DNA of 64,000 nucleotides, taken from positions 29,358-93,357 of the forward strand of contig DATLLJ010000035.1 in assembly GCA_035537875.1 (NCBI GenBank), in the 5' to 3' direction. Positions within the stretch are counted from its first letter, which is position 1. Each line of letters starts with the position of its first letter. The position numbers and the translations under genes were made by a program. Below the pieces are notes generated by a model. The model ran no database searches and was not told the DNA's origin. It was given only the letters and a program-made list of their open reading frames with translations. Source of the stretch: Vicinamibacterales bacterium (GTDB lineage: Bacteria; Acidobacteriota; Vicinamibacteria; Vicinamibacterales; CAVVIG01). Shown here one piece after another: positions 45,928 through 55,434 of the stretch.

Positions 45928-47412
45928 ATGCAGATCAGGACGCTTACGATTGCCGCTCTTTTCGTCGCCTGCCAGTCGATGGACATTGCGGCTCAAAACA
46001 CCAACGCGGTTGTCGGCGCGGCCTCGAAAGCCATGGGGGCTGCGACACTGAATTCAATCACGTACTCGGGAACGGCACGAAACGGGGCCTTCGGGCAGAG
46101 CAAGAGCATTGGCGACCCGATGGGGCCGGTCAACGTCACGCAGATCACGACGTACACCCGGACGATCAACTTCGGGCAGCCGGCGGACCCGGCGGCGCTC
46201 GTTTCCCGAGCGACAGGCCCGACGCAGCCGCCGACGGTGCCGGGCGTGCCGGCGCCGGCGCCGGGCGTGTTCAACCAGAACGTCACCGGCATGCAGGCCG
46301 GCAGCAACTGGGGCCAGGCGCTCAACATCTGGACGACGCCATGGGGCTTCCTCAAGGGTGCGACGGCGAACAATGCCACGGTTCGCCAGGAGGGCGGACA
46401 GCAGATCGTCACGTACTCGCCACCCAACCTCAAGTCACCGTCCGGCCAGATGTACACGGTGACCGGTTACATCAACAACCAGAACCTGGTGACCAAGGTC
46501 GAGACGCGCGTCGAGCACGCCGTCGTCGGCGATCTGCTCGTCGAATTCGACTACTCGAACTACCAGAACATGAACGGCGTGCAGGTCCCCGGCCGCATCG
46601 TCCAACGGCAGGCCGGTCTGACCACGTTCGACGCCAACATCAAGTCGGCTACGCCGAACCCCCCAAACCTCGCCGAGCTGCTCACACTGCCTCCGGCGCC
46701 GGCTGGCCAGGCCGGTGGCGGTGGAGGCGGCCCGCAGCCGCCCGCGGCGCCGCCCGTCGAGAAGCTGGGCGACGGCGTTTTCAAGATCGGCGGCAACTAC
46801 GCGGCGCTCGCGATCGACATGGGCGATCACATCCTCGTCGTCGAGAGCGGCCAGAGTGACGCCCGCGGCTCAGCGGTGATGGCGGCGGCCAAACAAGCCA
46901 TCCCGAACAAGCCGGTCCGCTTCGTCGTCAACTCACATCCGCACTTCGATCATGCGAGCGGCCTCGCGGCGGCCGTCGCGGAGGGCGCGACGATCCTGAC
47001 GCATGCCAACAACGAACAAGTGCTCGAACGGCTTCTTTCCGGACCGCGCACGCTCACCGGCGACAGCCTGTCGAAAGTCGCGAGTCGCCGAGCGAACGTC
47101 GTCGAGGGCGTCGGCGAACGCGACGTTCGGAAAGGGACGACCGGCAAAGTCGTCGAGCTCCACCACATTCCGAACGAACACAGCGACGGGATGCTCGCCG
47201 TGTATCTCCCGGCCGAAAAGGTGCTGTATACGGCGGACATGACGGTCGTCAATCCCAACCCCGCCCAGCTGGGCGTGCTGAAATCGGCCGTTCAGGCCTT
47301 CAATCGCCTGAAGCTCGACTTCAACACGTGGATCCCGGCGCATCCGCCGAACCCGGATAAGCCGCTGACCAGAGCGGACGTCATGGCCGCTGCTAGCGCC
47401 GGCGCGAACTGA
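45928..47412 (+). CDS. Secreted MBL-fold metallo-hydrolase with ~270-aa N-terminal domain
   Basis: Signal peptide, G/P/A-rich linker, then NSHPHFDHASG. Confidence 0.85.
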   Translation: MQIRTLTIAALFVACQSMDIAAQNTNAVVGAASKAMGAATLNSITYSGTARNGAFGQSKSIGDPMGPVNVTQITTYTRTINFGQPADPAALVSRATGPTQPPTVPGVPAPAPGVFNQNVTGMQAGSNWGQALNIWTTPWGFLKGATANNATVRQEGGQQIVTYSPPNLKSPSGQMYTVTGYINNQNLVTKVETRVEHAVVGDLLVEFDYSNYQNMNGVQVPGRIVQRQAGLTTFDANIKSATPNPPNLAELLTLPPAPAGQAGGGGGGPQPPAAPPVEKLGDGVFKIGGNYAALAIDMGDHILVVESGQSDARGSAVMAAAKQAIPNKPVRFVVNSHPHFDHASGLAAAVAEGATILTHANNEQVLERLLSGPRTLTGDSLSKVASRRANVVEGVGERDVRKGTTGKVVELHHIPNEHSDGMLAVYLPAEKVLYTADMTVVNPNPAQLGVLKSAVQAFNRLKLDFNTWIPAHPPNPDKPLTRADVMAAASAGAN

Positions 47413-47428
47413 CGCGTCAACGTCGGTG

Positions 47429-47460
47429 CTGGAACCCGGAACAGTCGTTCCGGGTTCCAG
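47429..47460. terminator. Bidirectional stem-loop between convergent genes
   Basis: Perfect 14-bp arms ctggaacccggaac / gttccgggttccag with a 4-nt loop. Confidence 0.6.
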
Positions 47461-47523
47461 ACCATCAACGTTCGTGCTGTTTTTCGGGTCCCTGCTGTCG
47501 CAGTCCTCGCCGATCTCGAAACG

Positions 47524-47940
47524 TTAGGTGCGTGCCGCCGCGGAGCGGATTTCGGTGACGGCGTCGGCCGTGTCGAGATATTCCTCGAAGTTCACGACTT
47601 TGCCGTTCTTGATCACAAAGACGTGAGCCCATGATCCACTCAAGACCTTGCCGGTGGCCTTGATGCGGGTCGTGTCCTCGCCCAGGACCACGACGCGATC
47701 GCCCTGCGCGACGAACGTCTTGGGCTCGAACCGCTGCATCTCGAAGACCTCGTCCACTGCCCGGAAGAATTCCGCGACCTGCTGCCGCCCGCGTCGCGTC
47801 CCGGCCGTCGGAAGATCGGATGGTCCTGGTGACACCCATTCGATGTTGTCGTCGAAGAGGTTGAGCATTCCATCGATGTCGCCGCGTCCGAACGCCGCGT
47901 AACCCTGTCGTACGAGTTCCACGTTCTGCTGTTCGCCCAT
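47524..47940 (-). CDS. SnoaL-like / NTF2-fold protein
   Basis: AAGGAGG RBS before ATG 47940. NVELVRQGYAAFGRGDIDGMLNLFDDNIEW. Confidence 0.8.
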   Translation of the reverse strand: MGEQQNVELVRQGYAAFGRGDIDGMLNLFDDNIEWVSPGPSDLPTAGTRRGRQQVAEFFRAVDEVFEMQRFEPKTFVAQGDRVVVLGEDTTRIKATGKVLSGSWAHVFVIKNGKVVNFEEYLDTADAVTEIRSAAART

Positions 47941-48137
47941 GTGCGCCCTCCTTGGAAGTGAGAAGGTGGCTATCATAGTCGTCTTCGCCGCGGTCGTGTC
48001 GCAACAATTCTCGGGTGCTGTCTGGAGTGTCTGGCTGGAGACGGACAACCGACGGCATCAGCTGGAGCCAGCCCCACTCCCCGGGCAAGCGCCGGGGTTA
48101 AAGTCAGCTCGACCCGCGTGGTGCATCGTCTCGGCGA

Positions 48138-48497
48138 TCACGCTGAGAGCCACGCGCGCGCTTCTGCGAGTCGCTTCTCGGAAAAAAATTCGACAGGGGC
48201 CCGCCGCAGGTCAGCGGACGCGAACATGAGGGCCTCGCTGCGCCAGCGTTCGTCCCCGGTGATGGCGATCTTCTCGATGGAGTCGCCGTGCTTGACGTAG
48301 AACGTCAGGTCGCCCCAGTTGGGATTCGCTTCCCACCCCTTGAAGCCGCTCAAGACGACGAGCAGCCTCGCCGAACCCGTACGCTTCATGGCGGCGACCA
48401 GCCACGCCTGGCTCTGATCCAGATCCGCCTTGCTCAACACTCCGCTGACCTCCATGCGGTAGACGTTGTCGCGTTCGTGATGCATCGTGATCGGCAT
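48138..48497 (-). CDS. STAS/SpoIIAA-like (DUF3478-type) protein
   Basis: 119 aa. LLVVLSGFKGWE..WGDLTFYVKHGDSIEKIAITGDERW. Confidence 0.7.
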   Translation of the reverse strand: MPITMHHERDNVYRMEVSGVLSKADLDQSQAWLVAAMKRTGSARLLVVLSGFKGWEANPNWGDLTFYVKHGDSIEKIAITGDERWRSEALMFASADLRRAPVEFFSEKRLAEARAWLSA

Positions 48498-48552
48498 GAT
48501 GTGTCAGTGACTCCGCCCGGTCCCGGATCGTGGTGTCTCGTCAGCGCGTCGG

Positions 48553-49245
48553 TTACACGTGCGCCTTCGTCGCGCCCATCACTTCCCACCCGGACCCGTG
48601 GTCGTAGGATGAGCGCCTCGCTGGATGAATGGAAAAACCATCGTAACAGAGCTTCCTCAGAATGGAATCGGGACGAAGATGCCAGCTCGCCCACGTCAGC
48701 GGCGAATCGCCGTTCATGTCCTTGGCGTCCTTGCGAGCGCCCGCGTTCAAGAGCAGGTCGATCGTCTGTTCGCTCCCGAACGCGCCCGCGCGGTGCAAAG
48801 GCGTCTCCGCCTTCGTTCGACAATCCCGCATGAAGCAGCCTGTCTCCGCGGACGCCGTTGTCACCGCATTCGGGTCTGCGCGGTTGGCCAGGAGTACCTT
48901 GACGACCTCGTCGTGGACAGGGCGATTCGCTTTGCACAGCGCGGCGTGCAGCGGGGTCTCGCCCGTGTCGGCGGCGCGATGGTTGGCGTCGGCGCCGTTC
49001 TCGAGCAGGAATTGACATAACTGCCAGTGACCGTGGAAGGCCGCCCCGCCCAGATTGAGGTTCTCACCGAGAGCGGCGAGCGATTCGCCTCGCGACAGCA
49101 GGAATCGGATCGCGCTGACGTCTCCGTAGTAGGCGCACCAGTTGATCAACGACACCCTGTCGGCATCCGTCGCGTTCGGCGGATGTCCGTCGGCCAGGAA
49201 GTCGAAGACCAGGTCGGTGCGGCCGTCGGCGATTCGGTCGATCAT
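48553..49245 (-). CDS. Ankyrin-repeat protein
   Basis: Repeats GETPLHAAL.., ETPLHRAGAFGSEQTIDLLLNAGA and GDSPLTWA. Confidence 0.85.
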   Translation of the reverse strand: MIDRIADGRTDLVFDFLADGHPPNATDADRVSLINWCAYYGDVSAIRFLLSRGESLAALGENLNLGGAAFHGHWQLCQFLLENGADANHRAADTGETPLHAALCKANRPVHDEVVKVLLANRADPNAVTTASAETGCFMRDCRTKAETPLHRAGAFGSEQTIDLLLNAGARKDAKDMNGDSPLTWASWHLRPDSILRKLCYDGFSIHPARRSSYDHGSGWEVMGATKAHV

Positions 49246-49270
49246 CCTGCGCTCCTGAAGCTATCAGTCG

Positions 49271-50389
49271 TCAGTTCTTGACGTACTTCGTCACACCCCT
49301 CAGTTGTGCTTCTGCGGTGTAGACATTGCCTGCCGCGTCGATGGCGATGCCTTCGCCCATGGCGCCATCGGCCGAATTCGGGCTCATATGAGCCGGTATG
49401 AACGTCGTCACCTTCCCGTCTTTGAGGCTGCCAATCCGGATTCCCCTCTGCCACCCGGGGTGAACGCGTTCGGTCGACTCCGAGTCGGCGGTGTAGATCA
49501 CATCGTCCTTGTCGATGGCGAGGCCGCTGGTGCGTCCGAAATCGTGATACTCAGCGACGAATTTTCCCTCCTTCGTCAGGATCTGGATGCGATGGTTGTG
49601 GCGGTCGGCGACGATCAACCGGCCCTGGGAATCGAACTCGAGCGCGTGCGGCGTCCGGAACTCGCCCGGTCCCGTTCCGGTTTTGCCGATCACTCTCAGG
49701 AACTTCCCGGTTCTGTCGAACACCGAGATGCGCCCGATCAGATTGGGATCCGTGACGTCGGTGTGACTTTCCGCAACGTAAACGTCGCCATTGCCGGGGT
49801 CGGTCACGACGTCGGTCGGGTCCGTCAACGCTTCGGGGGGATTTCCCCTCACACCCGGCCTCCCCAGCGTCATCAGGACTTTACCTTCAGGGCTGAACTT
49901 GACGACGACGCTGCCTTTCGCGCCTTCACCCGGAAGCTTCTTCAGCTCCTCCGTACTGGCGGCGCGTGCGTCGGCCACCCAGACGTTTCCCTCTCGATCG
50001 ACATGGATGCCGTGCGGCCAGACGAACATCCCTCCGCCGAAGCTCCGGATTTCCTTCCCCGACTCATCGAAATGATGAACCGGGTTGGCTTTGGCGCCCA
50101 GACAGCCCGGGGCCGTTCCCGGGGAGCATCGGTCGACCGCCCACACGGACCGGCCATCCCGGTCGACGGCCACGCCGTTGGAGCCGCCCCACGGCCTCCC
50201 TTCTGAAGTGAGCTGTGCCCAATCCCGAATCACCTTATAGGGATTGGCGCCGCTGTTGACAGGCGGCGCTTTGTCGGTCTGAACGGTGCCGCCGCGTTGC
50301 TGCGTCCGAACGCCGGTAGCGAGCAGCGCCACACAGACGACCGTGAACGCCACTGCCGTCCAGCACCTGAATGATGGCGAAGTGGACAT
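49271..50389 (-). CDS. Secreted NHL-repeat six-bladed beta-propeller (peptidyl-hydroxyglycine-lyase-like)
   Basis: GGAGG RBS. Signal peptide. Repeated P.G..VD..GN.WV.D / D..GR..VADR.NHRIQ motifs. Confidence 0.8.
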   Translation of the reverse strand: MSTSPSFRCWTAVAFTVVCVALLATGVRTQQRGGTVQTDKAPPVNSGANPYKVIRDWAQLTSEGRPWGGSNGVAVDRDGRSVWAVDRCSPGTAPGCLGAKANPVHHFDESGKEIRSFGGGMFVWPHGIHVDREGNVWVADARAASTEELKKLPGEGAKGSVVVKFSPEGKVLMTLGRPGVRGNPPEALTDPTDVVTDPGNGDVYVAESHTDVTDPNLIGRISVFDRTGKFLRVIGKTGTGPGEFRTPHALEFDSQGRLIVADRHNHRIQILTKEGKFVAEYHDFGRTSGLAIDKDDVIYTADSESTERVHPGWQRGIRIGSLKDGKVTTFIPAHMSPNSADGAMGEGIAIDAAGNVYTAEAQLRGVTKYVKN

Positions 50390-50407
50390 GTGGTTCCTCC
50401 CCGTTAC

Positions 50408-50890
50408 TCACTTCCAGCTCTCGATGGCTTTCTGATGCAGCGACTCGGGCGGGAGTTCGGCCAGCTCGATACGGCCCATGTACGGATCGGTGATGTTGGC
50501 CAGGATCGCCTTCGTGTCGCTCACGTTCGTGTTGCTGACCGTCACGCCGCTCTTTCTGAAACGGGCGACTGCCTCTGCCACGTTGTCGACATGCAGGCCG
50601 TAATGGGTGAACCCGGCGGGCCGCTCGGCGTTCGCGGGGTTGAGTTCGAGAAACGTGTTCCGGCTGATGTGCAGGTACACGATTCTGGGCTGTCCCTTGT
50701 CATCGTTCACGCGGAACGCTTCGCGATAGCCCATCTTCTGCGTGTAGTACGTCACCGCCTCGGCGATGTTCGGCACGTTGATAGCGACGTGATTCATCAT
50801 CACGACACCGCTGCTGGCGTTCTGCGCGATCGCCACGTGGACTGCCAGCCCGGCGAAGAGTCCGGCTGCAAAGAGCATCGCACTACGCAT
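50408..50890 (-). CDS. Secreted VOC/glyoxalase-fold protein
   Basis: AGGAGG RBS before ATG 50890. Signal peptide. NHVAINVPNI..A..FY..K.G, HYGLHVDNV. Confidence 0.8.
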   Translation of the reverse strand: MRSAMLFAAGLFAGLAVHVAIAQNASSGVVMMNHVAINVPNIAEAVTYYTQKMGYREAFRVNDDKGQPRIVYLHISRNTFLELNPANAERPAGFTHYGLHVDNVAEAVARFRKSGVTVSNTNVSDTKAILANITDPYMGRIELAELPPESLHQKAIESWK

Positions 50891-51003
50891 ACGGCCTCCT
50901 GAATGGTTTGTCCGAGCCCTCATTGTGAAACAAAGCGGTGCCCGAAAAGGAGAAATTGTGGGCCGGCTGATGGGTAATCCGTGGCACACTGGGGCCGATC
51001 ACC

Positions 51004-52107
51004 ATGAGATCTACGATGAGGACGATCGTGAAGGCTACGACGTCCATCGCCTGTGGCGTGGCGCTCGCGGCCGCAATGCTGGAGGCCCAGGGGCGCGGCG
51101 GCCGACCGGTGGCAACAACCGGCACCGTCGAGCACATCACCGTTCACGGCAAGGCGCTCGAAGGCAATCTCGAGGGCGACTCTCCCGATCGCGACGTTAC
51201 CGTCTATCTGCCACCGGGCTACGAGGGCGACGACACCCGCCGCTACCCGGTGGTTTATCTGCTGCACGGCTACGGTGGGCGCGACGACACCTTCACCGCC
51301 CGGCTCGCCGCTCTTCAAGAAAGCGCGGACAGGCTTGCTGCCGCCCAGGGCTTCAGCGCATCGATCGTGGTCACGCCCAACGCGTTCACCCTGCACAAGG
51401 GCAGCATGTATTCCAACTCACCCACCACGGGCGATTGGGAGCGCTTCGTCGCGGAGGACCTCGTCGCACACATCGATCAGCGTTACCGCACGATCGCCAA
51501 CCGCATGAGCCGTGGCCTCGGCGGCCACTCGATGGGGGGGTATGGAGCGGTTCGCATCGGGATGAAGCGGCCGGACGTCTTCTCGAGCTTGTACATCATG
51601 AGCGCGTGCTGTTTGACCGCCAACCGCAGCCCGCGGCCGGAGACGATGGCGGCGGCCGAAGCGATCCGGACGCGCGAACAGGCCGAGGAAGCCTCACGCG
51701 GCCGCGGCTTCGGGCCTTCGGCGAGCCTCGCGTCTGCCGCGGCGTGGTCGCCCAATCCGGATAACCCGCCGCTCTATCTCGATCTCCCGATGAAAGACGG
51801 CAAGGTCCGGCCGGACATCGTCGCGAAATGGGTGGCCAACGCGCCGCTCGAGATGCTCGCAGCGTACGAGGCGAGCCTGAAGCGGTACTACGCCATCGCG
51901 ATCGACATCGGTGCGGACGACACGCTGCTCGCGTCGAACAGGCAACTGCACGACGCGATGACGCGCCTGCGGATCCCCCACAGTTACGAAGAGTACGACG
52001 GCGATCACACCAACAGGGTTCGCGAACGGATCGAGAGGAACGTGCTTCCGTTCTTCTCGAAGAACCTCGCGGCGCCGGCGAACCCGAGCTCGCCATCGCC
52101 ACAGTAA
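51004..52107 (+). CDS. Secreted putative esterase (esterase D / enterochelin-esterase-like)
   Basis: Signal peptide. YPVVYLLHGYGG, nucleophile GGHSMGGYGA. Confidence 0.8.
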   Translation: MRSTMRTIVKATTSIACGVALAAAMLEAQGRGGRPVATTGTVEHITVHGKALEGNLEGDSPDRDVTVYLPPGYEGDDTRRYPVVYLLHGYGGRDDTFTARLAALQESADRLAAAQGFSASIVVTPNAFTLHKGSMYSNSPTTGDWERFVAEDLVAHIDQRYRTIANRMSRGLGGHSMGGYGAVRIGMKRPDVFSSLYIMSACCLTANRSPRPETMAAAEAIRTREQAEEASRGRGFGPSASLASAAAWSPNPDNPPLYLDLPMKDGKVRPDIVAKWVANAPLEMLAAYEASLKRYYAIAIDIGADDTLLASNRQLHDAMTRLRIPHSYEEYDGDHTNRVRERIERNVLPFFSKNLAAPANPSSPSPQ

Positions 52108-52161
52108 GGCGAAGCCGAGGCGGTCCTAGTCCAGTACGAAGCGCCCGCTGCGATGCACCGG

Positions 52162-52416
52162 CTACCAGCTCATCCGAACGTTTCGGCCGGCGACGTGGCC
52201 GGGCTGTTGAACGACGACGAAGCCGAGCGCCGCCCAGCTTGCCGGTTCTTGTCCCCTTCGTTGGGTCTGGCGGCGCTCCGGCATGAGAGCAGTATCCGAC
52301 GTCCCGCGCCGTTCGCGAACCCGCCGATCCCAGATGACCGGCGTCGTGGAGCCGAACGTCCTGTGAAGGAGGTCGAAACGCTGATAGTCGCCGCGCTTGA
52401 TGATGATGCAGTACAT
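52162..52416 (-). CDS. Possible small Arg-rich protein
   Basis: 84-aa ORF MYCIIIKRGDYQRFDLLHRTFGSTTPVIWDRRVRERR.. with mostly GC third positions. No SD and no recognised domain. Confidence 0.3.
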   Translation of the reverse strand: MYCIIIKRGDYQRFDLLHRTFGSTTPVIWDRRVRERRGTSDTALMPERRQTQRRGQEPASWAALGFVVVQQPGHVAGRNVRMSW

Positions 52417-52508
52417 GGCTGGCGACGGCCGGATGTCGCGGGCCGTCCTCCAAGCTCAGTTATCGACACGTTTCCGCCGCAACATGAGGTCTCCACGAGC
52501 TTGACGGG

Positions 52509-55148
52509 CTATCTCTTCAACTCGGCCCAGTTCATCAAGATCGTGATCGGCGCCGGCTCCGCGGTGACGGTCGAAACCAGGAATCGTTGGCCGTCCGGCG
52601 AGGCGAGAAATCCTCCCCGGGGGCCCGTAAACAGAGGCACCGGTGTCCCGGCTTTCGCGCTGTTGCCGTCCAACGTCATCGGCACCGCCATGACACGGTC
52701 GCCCAAGCCGACGTAGTACAACTCGCGGCCATCGCGCCGCCATTGAACGCCAGTGGTGCTGCCCGGTATGCCAGTCCCGATCTGCATTCTGCCGCCGGGC
52801 CCTGGAAACGGCTGAACGTAGACTTCGCCCTGCCCCGATTCGTTGGACATATACGCAATCCAGCGCCCGTCCGGTGAAAACCGTCCGTTTCGCTCCTCGA
52901 ACGGCGTCTTGGCGACAGGTAGCGGCTTGGAATCTGGCGCGAGCGGCAGGGCCCAGAGATCGCGGTTGGTCTTCGGGTGCTGCTCGTGGTACAGGATGAA
53001 TCGACCATCGGACGACCAGTCTTCGAGATGTTTGGGCTCCGGCGAGGATGCCAATAGCCTTTCGACCTCCGTTCCGTCGATGGCTCTCAGGTAAAGATCG
53101 AAGACGCCCGTTCGCTCAGAGGCGAAGGCGACGTGTCGTCCATCAGGTGACCAGACAGGCGTGTGATCCCGCACCGCCTCGGAGGTGAACCGACGGCGAA
53201 TGTCTCCCTCGGCGTCAACGAGCCAGATGTCCGTGTTTCCGTTGACGGTCCGAGCGAGAGCCAGCGTGCGTCCATCCGGAGAGAGTTGGCCGTCTCCACC
53301 GGCGGTATACCACGGCTGTGCCTCGTCGGGGCCGCCCAACTTCCCGATCTCACGGCCGGAGCGATCGAGCCAGAGGAACTGGCGTTCCTCGGCATTCGCC
53401 CGGTAAGCGACCACCCCCGCAGCAGAAGCCGAAACGGCCACGCGGTTGAAGTTCCCCGGCGCCAGCGCGACGCGTGTGGCGACAGGCACCTGCGCTCCTT
53501 CCATCTGGAGCGCTTCGAGATTCAGCCGCTGGGCCAGCAGCGCACCGTCCCTCATGAACAGAATCCAGTCCGGCGGCAGAACCCGCGCGGGTGAGTCGGC
53601 TTCGAACAGCCGGTGCGTCTCCTGGGAATCGAGCGACCCGACGTAGATCCCCCTCGTTTCGAGGGGACCTGAGGCAAAAAATATGAAATGGCGTCCGTCG
53701 GGGAGGAACTCCGGGAAGCGATGGGCGATCTGTCGTGTCGGATCGAGACGAGTGGCGTCCCTGAGATCGCTGCCGTCCGCACCGACGCGCATTAGCGGGC
53801 TCGACGGAGACGGTGTGAACAGAATCGTCCCCTCGTTGTTCCAGGTCCCGGCTCCAGCCTGAGTGGATGTGGCGATGGCCCGAACGAGACCGGTGTCGAG
53901 GTCGATGCGTTTCAATTGGGCACCGGAGAAGAATCCGATCGACCGGCCGTCTGGAGACCAGAACGGAAGATCGCCAACGACACTCTCCGTGCCGGTCAGC
54001 GGTTGGATCGTGTCCGAACCGAATGGCCGGAGCCAGAGCTGGCCATTCGCCTGAAATACGAGCTTCGTGCCGTCGGGAGACACCGCGAACGAGGCAAGCG
54101 TTCCAGGCGCTGGAGGGGGAGTGATGACCTGCAGGCGAGTCTCAGGCGGCGGCGCCGGCCTCGGCGCGCTGAGTGCGTACAACGCGGCGAAAACCGCTGC
54201 GACCACCAGCGAAACCACAGCGATCGCCCACGCGAGCCGATCGAGTCGCGCCCGCTTGACACTGGTGAGGACCGGCGCCTGCATTTCCGAGTGGCTCGTG
54301 AGGCTCTCCAGCGCGAACGCGAGATCGTCGGCCGATTTGAAACGCGCTGCGGGTGCCTTCTGCAGACAGCGATCGACAATCCGCGCGAGCCCGGGTGGAA
54401 TGTTGCGGTCGGCGATCGGCAGGTCTCTCGGGTCTTCCTTGAGGATCGCCGTCATCGTGTCGGCGGTCGTGTTCCCGTGAAACGCCCGCTGGCCGCATAG
54501 CATTTCGTAGAACACGGCACCAAACGCGAAGATGTCCGATCGATGATCGGCCGGAAGACCGCGCACCTGTTCGGGCGCCATGTAGCCGAGCGTTCCGAGC
54601 ACCACGCCCGGAGTCGTATTCGGTGGGCTCGTCGGAAGCGCGCTCAGGGCCGCCAGAGCCGGTTCGGTCTGGGTGAGCTTGGCCAGGCCGAAATCGAGAA
54701 TCTTCACGCGGCCGTCGGCGGTGACGAACAGATTCTCCGGCTTCAGATCGCGATGGACGATTCCCTTGTCGTGAGCCGCGGCCAGCCCGCGGGCGATCTG
54801 GACCGCGTACTCGACCGCCTTTCGAACCGGCGGCGCGCCAGCCCTGAGTCGCTCGCGCAGCGTGTCCCCTTCGAGGAGCTCCGAAACAATGTAAGGTGCG
54901 GCGTCGTGCTGACCGATGTCGTAGATCGCGAGAATGTTCGGATGGTTGAGGGCCGCCGACGCTCGCGCTTCCTGTTCGAACCGTTGGAGCCGTTCGGGAT
55001 CGGCGGAGAAGGCAGCAGGCAGAACCTTTATCGCGACGTCCCGATCGAGCCTCGCATCGTGAGCGCGATAGACCTCACCCATCCCGCCGGCCCCGATGGC
55101 AGAGTGGATCTCAAACGGGCCGAGGCGTACGCCGGCAGCAAGAGCCAT
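52509..55148 (-). CDS. Ser/Thr protein kinase with TM segment and C-terminal TolB/WD40-like beta-propeller repeats
   Basis: ATG 55148: GPFEIHSAIGAGGMGEVYRAHD, VAIK, HRDLKPEN, DFG, APE. The C-terminus has repeated SPDG....F motifs. Confidence 0.9.
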   Translation of the reverse strand: MALAAGVRLGPFEIHSAIGAGGMGEVYRAHDARLDRDVAIKVLPAAFSADPERLQRFEQEARASAALNHPNILAIYDIGQHDAAPYIVSELLEGDTLRERLRAGAPPVRKAVEYAVQIARGLAAAHDKGIVHRDLKPENLFVTADGRVKILDFGLAKLTQTEPALAALSALPTSPPNTTPGVVLGTLGYMAPEQVRGLPADHRSDIFAFGAVFYEMLCGQRAFHGNTTADTMTAILKEDPRDLPIADRNIPPGLARIVDRCLQKAPAARFKSADDLAFALESLTSHSEMQAPVLTSVKRARLDRLAWAIAVVSLVVAAVFAALYALSAPRPAPPPETRLQVITPPPAPGTLASFAVSPDGTKLVFQANGQLWLRPFGSDTIQPLTGTESVVGDLPFWSPDGRSIGFFSGAQLKRIDLDTGLVRAIATSTQAGAGTWNNEGTILFTPSPSSPLMRVGADGSDLRDATRLDPTRQIAHRFPEFLPDGRHFIFFASGPLETRGIYVGSLDSQETHRLFEADSPARVLPPDWILFMRDGALLAQRLNLEALQMEGAQVPVATRVALAPGNFNRVAVSASAAGVVAYRANAEERQFLWLDRSGREIGKLGGPDEAQPWYTAGGDGQLSPDGRTLALARTVNGNTDIWLVDAEGDIRRRFTSEAVRDHTPVWSPDGRHVAFASERTGVFDLYLRAIDGTEVERLLASSPEPKHLEDWSSDGRFILYHEQHPKTNRDLWALPLAPDSKPLPVAKTPFEERNGRFSPDGRWIAYMSNESGQGEVYVQPFPGPGGRMQIGTGIPGSTTGVQWRRDGRELYYVGLGDRVMAVPMTLDGNSAKAGTPVPLFTGPRGGFLASPDGQRFLVSTVTAEPAPITILMNWAELKR

Positions 55149-55434
55149 CGCTCGTGTAGGGCGAGTGCTTGATTCTACCGGGCGTGCGCGATCCGCTGAA
55201 GAAGAAAAACGCGATCGAAACGGTCGGCTTTCGGCCCAGCGGCGCCGCTCACACCGATGAAGTACCGCCCCGCGGCGTCCTGTCAGCGCACGCGGACTCT
55301 GTTGAGCTCGGTACACCCGGTCGGTGACGACACGCGAGGACACCAAAAAGAAAACTGCGCAATCCGACCCCGAGGTGAGGGTAGTATGTGCACGTCTCGT
55401 CCCCGTCACACCGGAACTCGCATGGAGGGTGCAC

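Noticed and set aside
48082-48100. Short hairpin ccccgg-N7-ccgggg downstream of the STAS gene
   Set aside because: The stem is only 6 bp with no U-tract, too weak to call a terminator with confidence.
55149-55434. Possible cobalamin or other riboswitch upstream of the TonB-dependent receptor
   Set aside because: No B12-box-like GCCACTG core or other riboswitch signature is recognisable by eye. An Infernal scan would be needed to exclude it formally.
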